Of a stretch of DNA of 64,000 bases, positions 1 to 10,629 are shown in pieces. Each line of letters opens with the position of its first letter. Position 1 is the stretch's first letter. The stretch comes from Candidatus Latescibacterota bacterium (GTDB lineage Bacteria; Latescibacterota; UBA2968; GCA-2709665): contig OZ244744.1 of NCBI GenBank assembly GCA_965219455.1, forward strand, positions 3,456,001 to 3,520,000, written 5' to 3'. Position numbers and translations under genes: made by a program. Under the pieces are notes generated by a model. The model saw only the letters and a list, made by a program, of their open reading frames with translations, did no database searches and had not been told where the DNA came from.

Positions 1-1376
1 ATCCCCGGGCTATCGCCGCTGACGATACCGGCTGGGTGTATTTCGGTATCGGCAGCACTGCCAGTCAGATTATCTCCCTGGACCCGGAAACCGGCAAAGC
101 GGAACCCCTCCTGGCCGAAGACGAACGAACCCAGGCCCACGCGCCTGTGTACCGCGACCTGAACGGGAAGGTCTACGGTCACACAAACGGCGGTTCCGAG
201 GATGGATGGATGGAACTGTACCGCGGTGTGCGAACGAACGTCGGCAAGATTGAAAACAGGCGCGAAAAACCCATTATTGCCGGCAGCCAGGGCCTGTTCC
301 ACACCGATTTTCCGGATGGGAAACGCATGGTGGCCTGCAGCCTGGTCGACCGCAGACTGGCCGTCGAGGATCCCCGAACCGGCGCAACCCGCGAAGTTTC
401 CTTCGACTACACAAGCGAAGGCGCTCACATGATGGGCGTGGCCACGGCTCCGGACAACACCATCTGCGGCGGCACCGCCTTCCCCATGCATTTTTTCAGC
501 TTCAATCCGGATACCGACAGCTGGATCAACCGCCCGGCCCTGGGGCAATGGAATACCGTTGCCAGAGAGGGCGACATGTTCTTTGTCGGCGCATACACGC
601 ACGGCCTGCTGGAAGAATGGGACCCCGCCAAACCATGGGTACACACCGAGCGAGACAAAGCCGGTTGCAACCCGGAACTGCTATACGAATGCCACGAGGT
701 CATCAACCGCCCCCACATGCTGCTTGCCCATCCCGATGGAAGAACCGTCGTCCTCGCCGGCACCCCCGGGTACGGGCTTACCGGGGGCGGCATGCTATTC
801 TGGGACAGACAGACCCGTGAGCACACGCTGCTCGAACACACCGATATCCTGCCAGATCAATCCACCATGAGCCTGGTTCCCCTGCCCGACAACAGGCTTC
901 TGGGTGGCACCACGACAAGCCCCGGCACCGGCGGTGAACAGAAGGCCGAAGAGGCGGAGCTTTATATCATGGACATGGCCACGAGACAACTCGATTGGCA
1001 CGGGGTCGTCTTCCCTGGCGTGCAGGGGTATACCGACATGTGTTCGGGTCCGCAGGGTGTCGTCTACGGCATTGCCGACCGCAGGCGCTTTTTCGTCTTC
1101 GATCCCGGCGGCAGAAGGGTGGTCCACCAGCACGATCTCGAATCCGAGTTCGGTCCCACGACATCGCAACAGGGCCCGAGGGTGTTTGTCACTGCGCCGG
1201 ACGGCGCCATTTACATGCTCTTCACAAAGGGCATCGCCATTGTGGAACCCGATACATACGCCATACGGATGCTGGCGGAATCGCCCGTATCTATCGGTCC
1301 GGGAGGAGACATCCTCAACGGCCATATCTACTTCGGCAGCGGATCCCATCTCTACAGCTACCGGGTTTCCGAATAA
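1..1376 (+). CDS. Beta-propeller repeat protein (PQQ/WD40-like), 5' end outside the window
   Basis: The frame is open from the window start (PRAIAADDTGWVYFG...). Repeated blade-like motifs such as DGKVYG, PDNTICGGT, PDGAIY and NGHIYFGSG. Confidence 0.6.
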   Translation, partial: PRAIAADDTGWVYFGIGSTASQIISLDPETGKAEPLLAEDERTQAHAPVYRDLNGKVYGHTNGGSEDGWMELYRGVRTNVGKIENRREKPIIAGSQGLFHTDFPDGKRMVACSLVDRRLAVEDPRTGATREVSFDYTSEGAHMMGVATAPDNTICGGTAFPMHFFSFNPDTDSWINRPALGQWNTVAREGDMFFVGAYTHGLLEEWDPAKPWVHTERDKAGCNPELLYECHEVINRPHMLLAHPDGRTVVLAGTPGYGLTGGGMLFWDRQTREHTLLEHTDILPDQSTMSLVPLPDNRLLGGTTTSPGTGGEQKAEEAELYIMDMATRQLDWHGVVFPGVQGYTDMCSGPQGVVYGIADRRRFFVFDPGGRRVVHQHDLESEFGPTTSQQGPRVFVTAPDGAIYMLFTKGIAIVEPDTYAIRMLAESPVSIGPGGDILNGHIYFGSGSHLYSYRVSE

Positions 1377-1563
1377 TACGAAACGCGGACAGCAGGTTCC
1401 ATCCGTTCGGGGCAAGAGTCAATGGGGCTATGCAGCTGTTTTGGAGGTAGATTGTCCAAACGGAGGTTGGACGAGGAAAGGGAGCGGCGTCTTCTCAGAG
1501 GAGCGCGAAGCACATGAAAATCGCGACATTCAGTCCATCCACGCTGCCACGACAGCGCCTGCT

Positions 1564-2838
1564 TTACCCGGAATCCAAAAAATCCGGCATCACCTCGTTT
1601 ACCGTAATCTGTTCCAGCGTTTGTCGTTTCCTTATCAGGTGCAGTGTGCCGTCCGAGGCCTGCAGAACCTCGGCGGCCTCGGGAAACGAATTGTAATTCT
1701 TGGAGGTCATGCTGGAACAATACGCGCCGGATCCCCCCACAGCCAGCAGATCGTCAGTCCTCGCCTCGGCGAGCAGCCGGGGCCGCAATCCCTCCGGATC
1801 GCCCGGCGCCGGTGTCAGCACGTCCCCGCTCTCACAACAGTGGCCGGCAATCAGATATTCCCTCAATCGCCGCGTCCCCGGGTGTGCGGGCACGGCCACA
1901 ATCGGGTGCTGCGCACCGTAAAGGCTGATGCGTAATACCTCCGTCATACCGGCGTCTGCTTTCAGGAAATCGTAGCCGTCCTTGCCGGTATCGACACAAT
2001 CGATCACCGAACAAATCATCACCCCCGCATTGGCCACCAGAAACGTGCCCGGTTCCACCTCCAGCCGAAGTCTGCGCCCATGTTCGCTCCCAAAGGCTTG
2101 GAACGCTTCCTGCACGTGCAGTCCGATCCGCTTCAGGTCGGTAGACGTCTCCCCCGCCATACGCCCCACTTTAAACCCGCCTCCCAGGCTGAGCACCTTC
2201 ACCTCGGGCAGCCGGGCCGCCATGCGCAGCGAAATCAACGCGCAGTGTTCCCAGACCTCAGGATCGCTGCCCGAACCGATGTGGGTATGCATACTCGAAA
2301 TCTTTAAATTGCAAGCCTTTGCAATGGCCAGCACCTCATCCAGATATTCGTGCCAGATCCCGAAACTGGCGGATGGTCCACCCACGTTGGTCCTTTTGCT
2401 GTGACCCGACCCGAGACCGGGGTTGATTCGTACGGTCAGGGAACGACCCGGAAACAGTTCGCCATAGGTCCGCAGTTGCTGCAGCGAACAGGCATTGAAT
2501 ATGACTCCCTGTCTCACCAGGTTCTCCAGATTTCGGGGCGTTCGCTGCGCCGTGAGCTGGATCTGTTCCGGAGGCACGCCGGCCCGCATGGCCCGCTCCA
2601 CTTCGTATCCGCTGCTGGCGTCGATGTGCAGCCCCGCCTGATTCAGAATTCGCACAACGGCCGCCGTGGGTAACGCCTTCATCGCGTACCGGGCGGTCAA
2701 TCCATACGCGTGCGGAAAATCCAACACGTCCCTGGCGCGAGCTTCCAATGTCTCCTGGTCATAGACGAAGACTGGCGTGCCAAAACGGCGCCTGATCTCA
2801 CGGATTTTTTCTTCGGTCAAGAACGCAAGCTGCTCCAT
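1564..2838 (-). CDS. lysA: Diaminopimelate decarboxylase
   Basis: Motifs FGTPVFVYD, YAMKA (PLP lysine), HTHIGSG, LGGGF, EPG, GHCCESGD and GAY...NYN. Confidence 0.93.
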   Translation of the reverse strand: MEQLAFLTEEKIREIRRRFGTPVFVYDQETLEARARDVLDFPHAYGLTARYAMKALPTAAVVRILNQAGLHIDASSGYEVERAMRAGVPPEQIQLTAQRTPRNLENLVRQGVIFNACSLQQLRTYGELFPGRSLTVRINPGLGSGHSKRTNVGGPSASFGIWHEYLDEVLAIAKACNLKISSMHTHIGSGSDPEVWEHCALISLRMAARLPEVKVLSLGGGFKVGRMAGETSTDLKRIGLHVQEAFQAFGSEHGRRLRLEVEPGTFLVANAGVMICSVIDCVDTGKDGYDFLKADAGMTEVLRISLYGAQHPIVAVPAHPGTRRLREYLIAGHCCESGDVLTPAPGDPEGLRPRLLAEARTDDLLAVGGSGAYCSSMTSKNYNSFPEAAEVLQASDGTLHLIRKRQTLEQITVNEVMPDFLDSG

Positions 2839-3097
2839 CGTCGCTCCCCGGGGTACATTTTACCAGAATTCGGCTTGACTCACTTGCCGAAAAACGGAAT
2901 ATTCATTAGAAGTTGCCTTAAAATGCCTGGCGCGTTCCCGAGCGCGCGTGTAAAAGTTCGGTTCATGAGGCGAGCGGGGGCGCACTGCGCCGACTGGCGG
3001 ATTCGCCTATGATCGTCTGTACAAGACGAAAGCCGTGCGCCAGAAAAAAGGCAGCGCACGGCCGGAATTTTCGGAGCCCGCCGTCCGGCTTCAACGT

Positions 3098-3183
3098 TGG
3101 TGCGGAAGGGGGGACTCGAACCCCCACGGGCGAAGCCCACCAGATCCTAAATCTGACGTGTCTGCCAATTCCACCACTTCCGC
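3098..3183 (-). tRNA. tRNA-Leu (anticodon TAG), CCA encoded
   Basis: Reverse complement GCGGAAGTGGTGGAATTGGCAGACACGTCAGATTTAGGATCTGGTGGGCTTCGCCCGTGGGGGTTCGAGTCCCCCCTTCCGCACCA. It shows the acceptor stem, D-loop GG, a TAG anticodon, a long variable arm and the GTTCGA T-loop. Confidence 0.97.
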
Positions 3184-3266
3184 ATTAATTACAATGAGTT
3201 AAGATTTTACCAGCTTTCAATCTGCACAGCATTTCCAACCCATGCAGTGCGGCAGAGACACCGCCT

Positions 3267-3296
3267 ATAATAACGCGAAAAACATAAAAAAGTCAA
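3267..3296 (-). promoter_or_regulatory. Putative sigma70 promoter for tRNA-Leu
   Basis: Minus strand TTGACT-18 nt-TATTAT followed by GC-rich AGGCGG. Confidence 0.45.
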
Positions 3297-3374
3297 CTGC
3301 TATTGGCTTCTCATGAACATGGGGTTGTCCCTGTGCGGCGCGCCAGGAGACGAGAACGCCGACACCGCAAAGAT

Positions 3375-5747
3375 ATGAACATGCTACAGGTGAAACCCGC
3401 GACTGCTCAATGGAAGGCGATCCACCGCGCCTCCGGCGCGCTTTTCTTTCTGGTGTCATTTCTGGTCAATGCGGCTTTCGCGCAAATGGAACCCGGCCCG
3501 CTTCCCGTCCGTCAGGCGTCTACGGCGATGGACTCCATGCTTTATGAATATGAGGCCGACCGGGTCGTGGACGATATCGCTACAGGGCGCGTCGTCTTCA
3601 CGGGAAACGTCGTCCTCAAATATCAAGATGTGGAACTGCGCGCGGGACGCATCGTTCTTCACCGGGAGGTGCTGCGTCTGGAGGCCGAGGCGCTTCCGGA
3701 CTCCACCGGCAGGAAAACCATTGGTATGCCTGAGTTTATCCGCGGCGCAGAGCGGTTTACCGGATCGTCAATGGTCTACAACCTCGAAACCGGCCGCGGC
3801 CGGGTGCGGGGTGGCCGGGCGCGTCACCGGAGGCGATATTACAGGGGCGAGCAGATCCTCCTCGATCAACAACGTGAACTTCACGCCCGTACGATTTCCA
3901 TGTCCTCCTGTGACAGGGACCACACCCACTACGACTTTCTATGCCAGGCGCTAAAGGTCGTGGAGAACGACAAGGCCATCGCCCGCTCCGTGACGTTTCG
4001 CGTCGGTCCGGTCCCGCTGATGTGGCTCCCGTTTTACGTTTTTCCACTCACGCAGGGCAGGCGCTCCGGCATTCTGACCCCCCGAATCGGCAGCAATAGC
4101 CGCGACGGCGTTAACGTAAGCAACATCGGATACTATTGGGCGCCCAGCGACTACTGGGATGCCACGCTCAGGACAGCCCTGCGGGAACGTAATGGTTTTC
4201 TCGTTGACGCAGGCATCGACTACGCCGTGCGCAAACGACTCAGCGGGTATATGAATCTCTCCCATGAACGTGGGCGACAGCCTTCGGGCGATTCCCGCCG
4301 CGACTGGCGTTTGAACTTCCACCATCAGCATCGGCTGAACCCCACGCTCAACATGAGGGCCAGGGGAGATTTCACGAACAGTTCCAGCTTCGACCTTCAC
4401 AATGCCAACAACCTCTATCGATACCTGAACCGGCAACTCCGGTCATCTTTTTCCATTGACAAGCGCTGGACGGAAGCCCGGCGAAGCATGGATCTCAATC
4501 TCAACTACTACCGGGACCTCGATCAGAATCAGAACCGGTTCCAGGGATTCCCCCGCCTCTCGTTCCGCCAGGGCAGACGACGCATTTTGGGTCAACCCGA
4601 ATCGAACCGGGAAGCGCTCTGGTACCACGCGTTCTATTACGACGTTTCCGGCGGCTTGTCGAACGCTTTCACACGCAACGAGGATCGGGCCGACAACACG
4701 CACAATCTGAACCTTAACTCCCGCTTGGGCGTCAGTAGCCAGCACCGCCCCTTCGGCTGGCTGGATCTCACCCACAGATTCAACATCAGTCAGACCTCCT
4801 CACGCCTGAGCCGGGACGCGCGCACGCGCCGGGAATCCTACAACGCCAGTCTCGCCGCCGGAACCGCGCTCTATGGCATCTTTCAGCCTCAGGTCGGCCG
4901 GCTCAGGGGAATCCGCCACCGGTTTCAGCCGCAGGTAGACTTCAGGTATTACCAGAATGCATCGGTCGATGGCGCCACCCTGGGCTTCCACGGCCGCCGA
5001 GACTGGAACGACCCCAGGCGCACCCTCAATATGCGGCTCAACAACACGATTGAAATCAAAACCGAGGTAGACGGCAAAGTACGGCGATCCAATTTCGCCA
5101 CCGCAAGTTTCTCTACCGGATACGACTTCGACAACGATCCGACGCGCAAATGGCGCGACTTGCGGACTTCAGCCTCGATAAAGCCGGCCCGCCGGATAGA
5201 CGTTCGTCTCAACATGACCCACACGTTCTACGACGCGCTGGACCGCCTGTATCTGTATCGTCCTCATCTGCGCAGCCTCACGGTCAACACCAGCCTCCGC
5301 TTCAGGGGCCGCAGCGAAGGCCGATCCGATCGGCGCCAATACCGCGGGTCCATGCTCCCCGCCGCCGGTACCGGCTTTAACTTTGAAGACGACATTTACC
5401 GTGACTTCGGCGACGCCACGCAGCCCTGGCACTTCAATCTCGGACACTATTTCAGCCATCGGGAGGCTTTCACCACAGGTTCAGGATCGACCAGGCGTTC
5501 CTGGGTGAAGGCCGATCTGGCATTGAATCCCACGCGCGCCTGGCGCTTCAACTACTCCGTCAACTTCGACCTGTTAAACACCCGGTTTATCTCCCAGTCC
5601 TTCTACGTCTACAGGGACCTGCACTGCTGGCAGGCCACGTTCAACTGGTATCCCACCGGATTCAACAAGGGTTTCCATTTCAAGGTCAGTATCAAGGAAT
5701 TCCCACAGATCAAACTGGAACATCGCCGGGGCGGTTTCGGGCTTTGA
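3375..5747 (+). CDS. lptD: LPS-assembly outer-membrane protein, LptD-like
   Basis: Signal-like N-terminus, OstA-like domain (YEADRV...FTGNVVLKY), VPLMWLPFYVFP...RRSGILTP, GYYWA and C-terminal YRDLHCWQ. Start uncertain (3303, 3375 or 3381). Confidence 0.85.
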   Translation: MNMLQVKPATAQWKAIHRASGALFFLVSFLVNAAFAQMEPGPLPVRQASTAMDSMLYEYEADRVVDDIATGRVVFTGNVVLKYQDVELRAGRIVLHREVLRLEAEALPDSTGRKTIGMPEFIRGAERFTGSSMVYNLETGRGRVRGGRARHRRRYYRGEQILLDQQRELHARTISMSSCDRDHTHYDFLCQALKVVENDKAIARSVTFRVGPVPLMWLPFYVFPLTQGRRSGILTPRIGSNSRDGVNVSNIGYYWAPSDYWDATLRTALRERNGFLVDAGIDYAVRKRLSGYMNLSHERGRQPSGDSRRDWRLNFHHQHRLNPTLNMRARGDFTNSSSFDLHNANNLYRYLNRQLRSSFSIDKRWTEARRSMDLNLNYYRDLDQNQNRFQGFPRLSFRQGRRRILGQPESNREALWYHAFYYDVSGGLSNAFTRNEDRADNTHNLNLNSRLGVSSQHRPFGWLDLTHRFNISQTSSRLSRDARTRRESYNASLAAGTALYGIFQPQVGRLRGIRHRFQPQVDFRYYQNASVDGATLGFHGRRDWNDPRRTLNMRLNNTIEIKTEVDGKVRRSNFATASFSTGYDFDNDPTRKWRDLRTSASIKPARRIDVRLNMTHTFYDALDRLYLYRPHLRSLTVNTSLRFRGRSEGRSDRRQYRGSMLPAAGTGFNFEDDIYRDFGDATQPWHFNLGHYFSHREAFTTGSGSTRRSWVKADLALNPTRAWRFNYSVNFDLLNTRFISQSFYVYRDLHCWQATFNWYPTGFNKGFHFKVSIKEFPQIKLEHRRGGFGL

Positions 5748-5942
5748 AAACGGCAACGAAAAACGGGACCCCGGCCTTTCCGTCCCCGAGTCCGGTTCTC
5801 GATCTCCCGGCACGTTCTTTCCCTTGCTTCGCCCTTGCGAATCGGCTAAATTACATGCTGGTATGACGCTTTGCGCCTCGTACCACTATATTTCCATCGC
5901 AACCCACCTTTTGGTGGCGTTCATTGAATTCCAGGAACCAGG

Positions 5943-6380
5943 GTGCGCGCGCTAGTACAACGGGTCAGCCGTTCCGCGGTGTTCATCGACGGGCGCCTCA
6001 CGGCCGAAATCGGCCGGGGGATGCTGATTCTTCTGGGCGTAGGCCGGCAGGATACCCCCGAAAATATCCAGTACGTGGCCGGCAAATGCATCCACCTTCG
6101 GATTTTTGCAGACGAGCAGGGCAAGATGAATCGTTCCCTCGTTGACATCGGAGGGCAGGCCCTGGTTGTCTCACAGTTCACGCTCTACGGCGATACCCGG
6201 AAGGGCCGCCGTCCCGGCTATTCCAGTGCGGCGCCCCCCGACGTGGCCGAGGCGTATTATAACGAATTCGTGGATGTGCTGCGCAACCAGGGTGTATCCG
6301 TACATACGGGGCAGTTCGGCGCCAACATGCACGTTGAAATACAAAACGACGGCCCCGTTACCCTGATGGTTGAGATATAA
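5943..6380 (+). CDS. dtd: D-aminoacyl-tRNA deacylase
   Basis: MRALVQRV, SQFTLYG, KGRRP and NDGPVT signature motifs. Confidence 0.96.
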   Translation: MRALVQRVSRSAVFIDGRLTAEIGRGMLILLGVGRQDTPENIQYVAGKCIHLRIFADEQGKMNRSLVDIGGQALVVSQFTLYGDTRKGRRPGYSSAAPPDVAEAYYNEFVDVLRNQGVSVHTGQFGANMHVEIQNDGPVTLMVEI

Positions 6381-6543
6381 TGTCCTTTCCCGGAAATATG
6401 TCACCACTCATCAGCCGGTCGAAGGATGCGAGCCGGGCGACCCGTCGGCCGAATTTCGGCAACCTGTATCCGGGACAGACTCCCAGGCGCGGGATGCGGG
6501 ACTTCGCCGCCGCGCCGCCGTAACAGGCATCACTATTCCCACC

Positions 6544-7149
6544 ATGAAAAAACTCATCCTGGCCTCCGCATCACCGAGGCGGTCCGACCTTCTGCGCCTT
6601 CTCGGTATGTCTTTTGAGGTCGTGCCCAGCCATGTTTCGGAAACCCTGGATAGATCGATTCCACCGGCCGACTACGTCCGTGAAATCTCTTCACGCAAGG
6701 CACGGAAGGTCGCCGCCAACTTCCACAAGGAGATTGTTCTGGGCGCAGATACCGTGGTCGTTCTGGAAGGCGACATTCTCGAAAAGCCGGCCGGGGAAGA
6801 CGAGGCAATTCGAATGCTGAGCAGACTCTCGGGGAAGACGCATCGCGTGTATACCGGCCTTACGCTGATCGATTCGGAGTCCGGTCGTTCTCTACGGGAC
6901 GTGGCTGTGACGGATGTCGCGATGAGACCGCTCACGCCGGAGGAAATTCTACTCTACGTGAAGACGGGAGAACCCATGGACAAAGCGGGCGCGTACGCGG
7001 TTCAGGGAAGGGCAGCCGCGTACGTCCACTCCATATCCGGTTGTTTTTACAACGTTGTGGGGTTGCCGCTCTCGCTCTTCTGCGCGCTTCTCGAACGCAT
7101 GGTGGGCAAGTCGCCCTTGCTGTTTGCCTCTGGGCATTGGAAAGATTGA
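6544..7149 (+). CDS. maf: Maf/YhdE nucleoside-triphosphate pyrophosphatase
   Basis: LILASASPRR, GADTVV, LSGKTH, DKAGAY and NVVGLP. ATG at 6544 preferred to the ORF-track start. Confidence 0.93.
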   Translation: MKKLILASASPRRSDLLRLLGMSFEVVPSHVSETLDRSIPPADYVREISSRKARKVAANFHKEIVLGADTVVVLEGDILEKPAGEDEAIRMLSRLSGKTHRVYTGLTLIDSESGRSLRDVAVTDVAMRPLTPEEILLYVKTGEPMDKAGAYAVQGRAAAYVHSISGCFYNVVGLPLSLFCALLERMVGKSPLLFASGHWKD

Positions 7150-7163
7150 TTTGGGAGCCGTTA

Positions 7164-8066
7164 ATGCGAAAATTTGCATCAGAATTGCGAGCACATCGTG
7201 AAGCCATCGGCATGTCCCTGGAAGAACTGTTCGAGCGTACGCGGATCAATCCGGAGTATCTCCGCGCCATCGAAACCGGCAACTACGACGTCCTTCCGGA
7301 AATCTATATTCGCCTCTTTCTGAAAAAGTACGCGCAGGAAGTCGGCCTCGACGTCGAGGAGACCCTGGACAAATATGACAAAACCAGACCCCACTCGAAA
7401 TCGCCCCAGATCGTTGTGCGCCGGGAGCCAGACCGTTCCCTGTCGCAGGGTCCCATCCTGGCGATTCTTTGTGTACTTGCACTCGGCGTTGTCATCGCTG
7501 CCATAACGCTCCGGCGTGATTCGACGTCTTCGGCACCCGTAGAGACGGAGGCGCCGATGTCTGGAAACGGAAGCCGATCGACGCCATCCGGCGGGGAGAC
7601 TTCTACACCGCCGGAACCCGAGATTCCCCCCGCTGCGCCCGAAGGCCAGGCCGCAGCAGCGACCTCCGAATCCCTCCATACCGCCCTCCCGGAACCAGAA
7701 AACGCCGGGAATTTGCCGCCGCGCGAGCGGGTTGTGTCATCCTATTCGCTTCCACAGAAGTACTCAGGTATCTGGGAAGACGAGTTAGTCCTGTCCGTAC
7801 GTGTACTGGTGGATACCCGGGTACGTATTTTCAGCGACGGCGATTCAACCTTTGAAAACCGGCTGCTTTCCGGCACCCAGCGGCAGTGGACCGCCCGTGA
7901 ACGGTTCCGCGTGGAAATTGAAGACCCCGCTGCCGTCACCCTTTCCCTGCAGGACAGGCCTGTATCCCTCCCTACAAAACACGGCCGGAAACACCGCCTC
8001 TTCATCTCCCGATCCAATATTTGGGTTGAAGAGATCGAATCTGTGGTGCCGGCACCCGCGCGTTGA
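7164..8066 (+). CDS. rodZ: RodZ-like HTH/transmembrane cell-shape protein
   Basis: HTH_25 pattern (LEEL...TRI...YLRAIE...LP..YIRLFLKKYA..VGLD), one TM helix, a Pro-rich linker and a DUF4115-like C-terminus. Confidence 0.8.
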   Translation: MRKFASELRAHREAIGMSLEELFERTRINPEYLRAIETGNYDVLPEIYIRLFLKKYAQEVGLDVEETLDKYDKTRPHSKSPQIVVRREPDRSLSQGPILAILCVLALGVVIAAITLRRDSTSSAPVETEAPMSGNGSRSTPSGGETSTPPEPEIPPAAPEGQAAAATSESLHTALPEPENAGNLPPRERVVSSYSLPQKYSGIWEDELVLSVRVLVDTRVRIFSDGDSTFENRLLSGTQRQWTARERFRVEIEDPAAVTLSLQDRPVSLPTKHGRKHRLFISRSNIWVEEIESVVPAPAR

Positions 8067-8072
8067 TCCGCA

Positions 8073-10502
8073 ATGGATTTCAACTACGCGCAAATTGTCC
8101 CCCTCGCCACGCCAATCGACCGGGAAATGACCTATCTGGTTCCGGACGACATCAAGCAGCAAATTAACGTCGGAAGCAGAGCGCTCGTTCCTCTGGGGCC
8201 CAGGTGGACGACCGGCATTGTCGTCGGTTTTCAAGACCGGACCGAACTGGACAATGTCAAGTCGATCGGTATCCTGCTCGACTCCTATCCGGTTGTCTCA
8301 CCAGACCTCCTCGACCTATGTCGCTGGATGGCGGGCTATTATGTCTGCACCCTGTCCGAAGTCCTCACGGCCGCGCTTCCCGCCGGCATCCACACCCATA
8401 GCGGACAGCGCATCGCTGTTAACGACCTCAACGGCGCTGGTCGAGGGCCGATTACCGCCTTTCAGCGAGAGGTGCTCGACCAATTACAATCGCGGGGCCC
8501 GGCCAGCCTTCGCCAACTGCAGCGTCGCCTGCGCGGCAACGAGATCCGCAGTGCCGTCTACGGACTGATTCGAAGGGGCATGCTGACGACCTATCAGACC
8601 ATTGAAGACCCCCGAGTCAGGCCCATGCAGGAGCGCATGGTTCAACTGGTGCCCGATGCGCGGTGGTTCGAACTCGAATGGCCCGCACTGGAGCGCAGGG
8701 CGCCCAGACAGGCGGAATGTCTCAGGCGCCTCAGGGCTTGTGGGGGCGCGATGCCGACCGCAACGCTTAGCCGCACGGGGATTGGATCCGGTATCCTCAA
8801 AGCGCTGGCGGACCGCAGACTGGTACGGATATTCCAGCGCGAAGTCCGGAGGGACCCATACGCCGAAGTGGAACCCACTCCCCCGGAGCGGCAAACACTC
8901 ACCGCGCATCAGCAGAAAGCCTTAGAGGAAATCGAGTGTTCGTTCAATCCCACAAAATTCCGTCCCTTTCTCCTGCACGGGATCACCGGGAGCGGCAAAA
9001 CGCTGGTCTACATACAGGCCGCCGACCGTATTCTGAAATCCGGGCAGGGCGCAATGATTCTTGTACCCGAGATCTCGCTCACCCCTCAAACGGTACGCCG
9101 CTTCAGATCCCATTTCGGCAACCGGGTCGCCGCCATCCACAGCGCCCTGTCGGAGAGCGAACGCTACGACGCCTGGCGGGACGTCCGCGAGGGCCGACGG
9201 ACCATTGTCATCGGTGCTCGTTCCGCCGTCTTTGCGCCGGTATCGAACCTGGGCCTGATCGTTGTGGACGAGGAGCACGATAGCGCCTACAAACAGTCGG
9301 ATCCGGCACCCCGTTACAACGCTCGCGATGTCGCGGTGATGCGGGCTAAAATGGAAAACATCCCCGTCATCCTGGGCTCGGCAACGCCCGCGCTCGAGTC
9401 TTTTCACAACGTCGAAACCGACAAATTCCATCTGCTTTCACTGCCGGAACGGATCGATTCCCGCCCCCTGCCCGAAGTCACCCTGGTGGATATGAGGAAG
9501 GAAAGCGGCGGCCTCTTTTCACGGATTTTGCGGGAAAAACTCAGGGACCGCCTAACAAAAAAGGAGCGAATCATCCTGCTGCAAAACCGCAGAGGATACG
9601 CTCCCTTCGTACAATGTCTGGATTGTGGCGAGGGGTTACAATGCCCGAATTGCCAGGTCACGCTCACCTACCATGCCCCGGGCCGACGGATGGTGTGCCA
9701 CTACTGCGCCTTCGATACCTCGGCGCCGTCCGTATGCCGCTCCTGCGAGGGAACGAACCTCCGGCTGTCCGGTGTGGGTACGCAGAGGGTGGAAGAAGCT
9801 CTCAAGGAACAATTCCCAGACGTACGCCTTCTCCGCATGGACGTCGATACGACCCGTAGAAAAGGGGCGCACGACCGTATCCTCGAATCCTTCAGGTTGG
9901 GTCAGGCGGATGTTCTGCTGGGCACGCAGATGGTGGCCAAAGGCCTGGATTTTCCCGGCGTTACCCTGGTCGGCGTCATTTCGGCCGATACCGGCATTCA
10001 TTTACCGGACTTCAGAGCCGGAGAACGTACGTTCCAGTTGCTTACGCAGGTGAGCGGCCGGGCCGGGCGCGGTCATTCTCCGGGCGAGGTCGTGATACAG
10101 ACTCACCTGCCGGAGGGCGAAGCCATGCGGTGCGCACGGAAACACGATTTTCAGAAATTTGCTGAACTTGAACTCGAGGGACGACGAAGCGTGCTCTATC
10201 CGCCGTTCGGCCGTATGGCCCTGCTTCTCTTCAAGGGCCGGCATGAACATGATGTCGCCCGTACCGCCGGGTTGTGCGCCGAGGCTCTGCGCGCAATGGC
10301 GGTGCCGGACGTTGACGTCATGGGACCCGCACAGGCGCCGCTTGCCCGTATTCGCAGGAGCTACCGGTGGCAGGTCGTGCTCAAGACGCCCTCATCCAGA
10401 AACCTGAACGTCCTCGCCCGCCGGGCTATGCGCGAATTCGGCCGAAATCGCCGCGCCGCCGTGACCCTGGACGTGGACATCGACCCTGTTTCAATGTTGT
10501 AA
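8073..10502 (+). CDS. priA: Primosomal protein N'
   Basis: LLHGITGSGKT, LVPEISLTPQ, DEEH, four CxxC pairs, QVSGRAGR and DIDP. Confidence 0.97.
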   Translation: MDFNYAQIVPLATPIDREMTYLVPDDIKQQINVGSRALVPLGPRWTTGIVVGFQDRTELDNVKSIGILLDSYPVVSPDLLDLCRWMAGYYVCTLSEVLTAALPAGIHTHSGQRIAVNDLNGAGRGPITAFQREVLDQLQSRGPASLRQLQRRLRGNEIRSAVYGLIRRGMLTTYQTIEDPRVRPMQERMVQLVPDARWFELEWPALERRAPRQAECLRRLRACGGAMPTATLSRTGIGSGILKALADRRLVRIFQREVRRDPYAEVEPTPPERQTLTAHQQKALEEIECSFNPTKFRPFLLHGITGSGKTLVYIQAADRILKSGQGAMILVPEISLTPQTVRRFRSHFGNRVAAIHSALSESERYDAWRDVREGRRTIVIGARSAVFAPVSNLGLIVVDEEHDSAYKQSDPAPRYNARDVAVMRAKMENIPVILGSATPALESFHNVETDKFHLLSLPERIDSRPLPEVTLVDMRKESGGLFSRILREKLRDRLTKKERIILLQNRRGYAPFVQCLDCGEGLQCPNCQVTLTYHAPGRRMVCHYCAFDTSAPSVCRSCEGTNLRLSGVGTQRVEEALKEQFPDVRLLRMDVDTTRRKGAHDRILESFRLGQADVLLGTQMVAKGLDFPGVTLVGVISADTGIHLPDFRAGERTFQLLTQVSGRAGRGHSPGEVVIQTHLPEGEAMRCARKHDFQKFAELELEGRRSVLYPPFGRMALLLFKGRHEHDVARTAGLCAEALRAMAVPDVDVMGPAQAPLARIRRSYRWQVVLKTPSSRNLNVLARRAMREFGRNRRAAVTLDVDIDPVSML

Positions 10503-10629
10503 ACTTTCCAGCCATCCGACTCCCTGGTCGGGAACCGGAATACGACATGCGTTATTCAGGTCTTATAACGTGCGGGACCGTCGGTTGTCGTTTCCAACGC
10601 CGGCAAAGGTGGATGGCCCCGTATTATCC

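Noticed and set aside
3098-3183. tRNA-Leu as an integration site for the island
   Set aside because: No adjacent integrase, I saw no duplicated tRNA 3' end, and the flanks are housekeeping genes.
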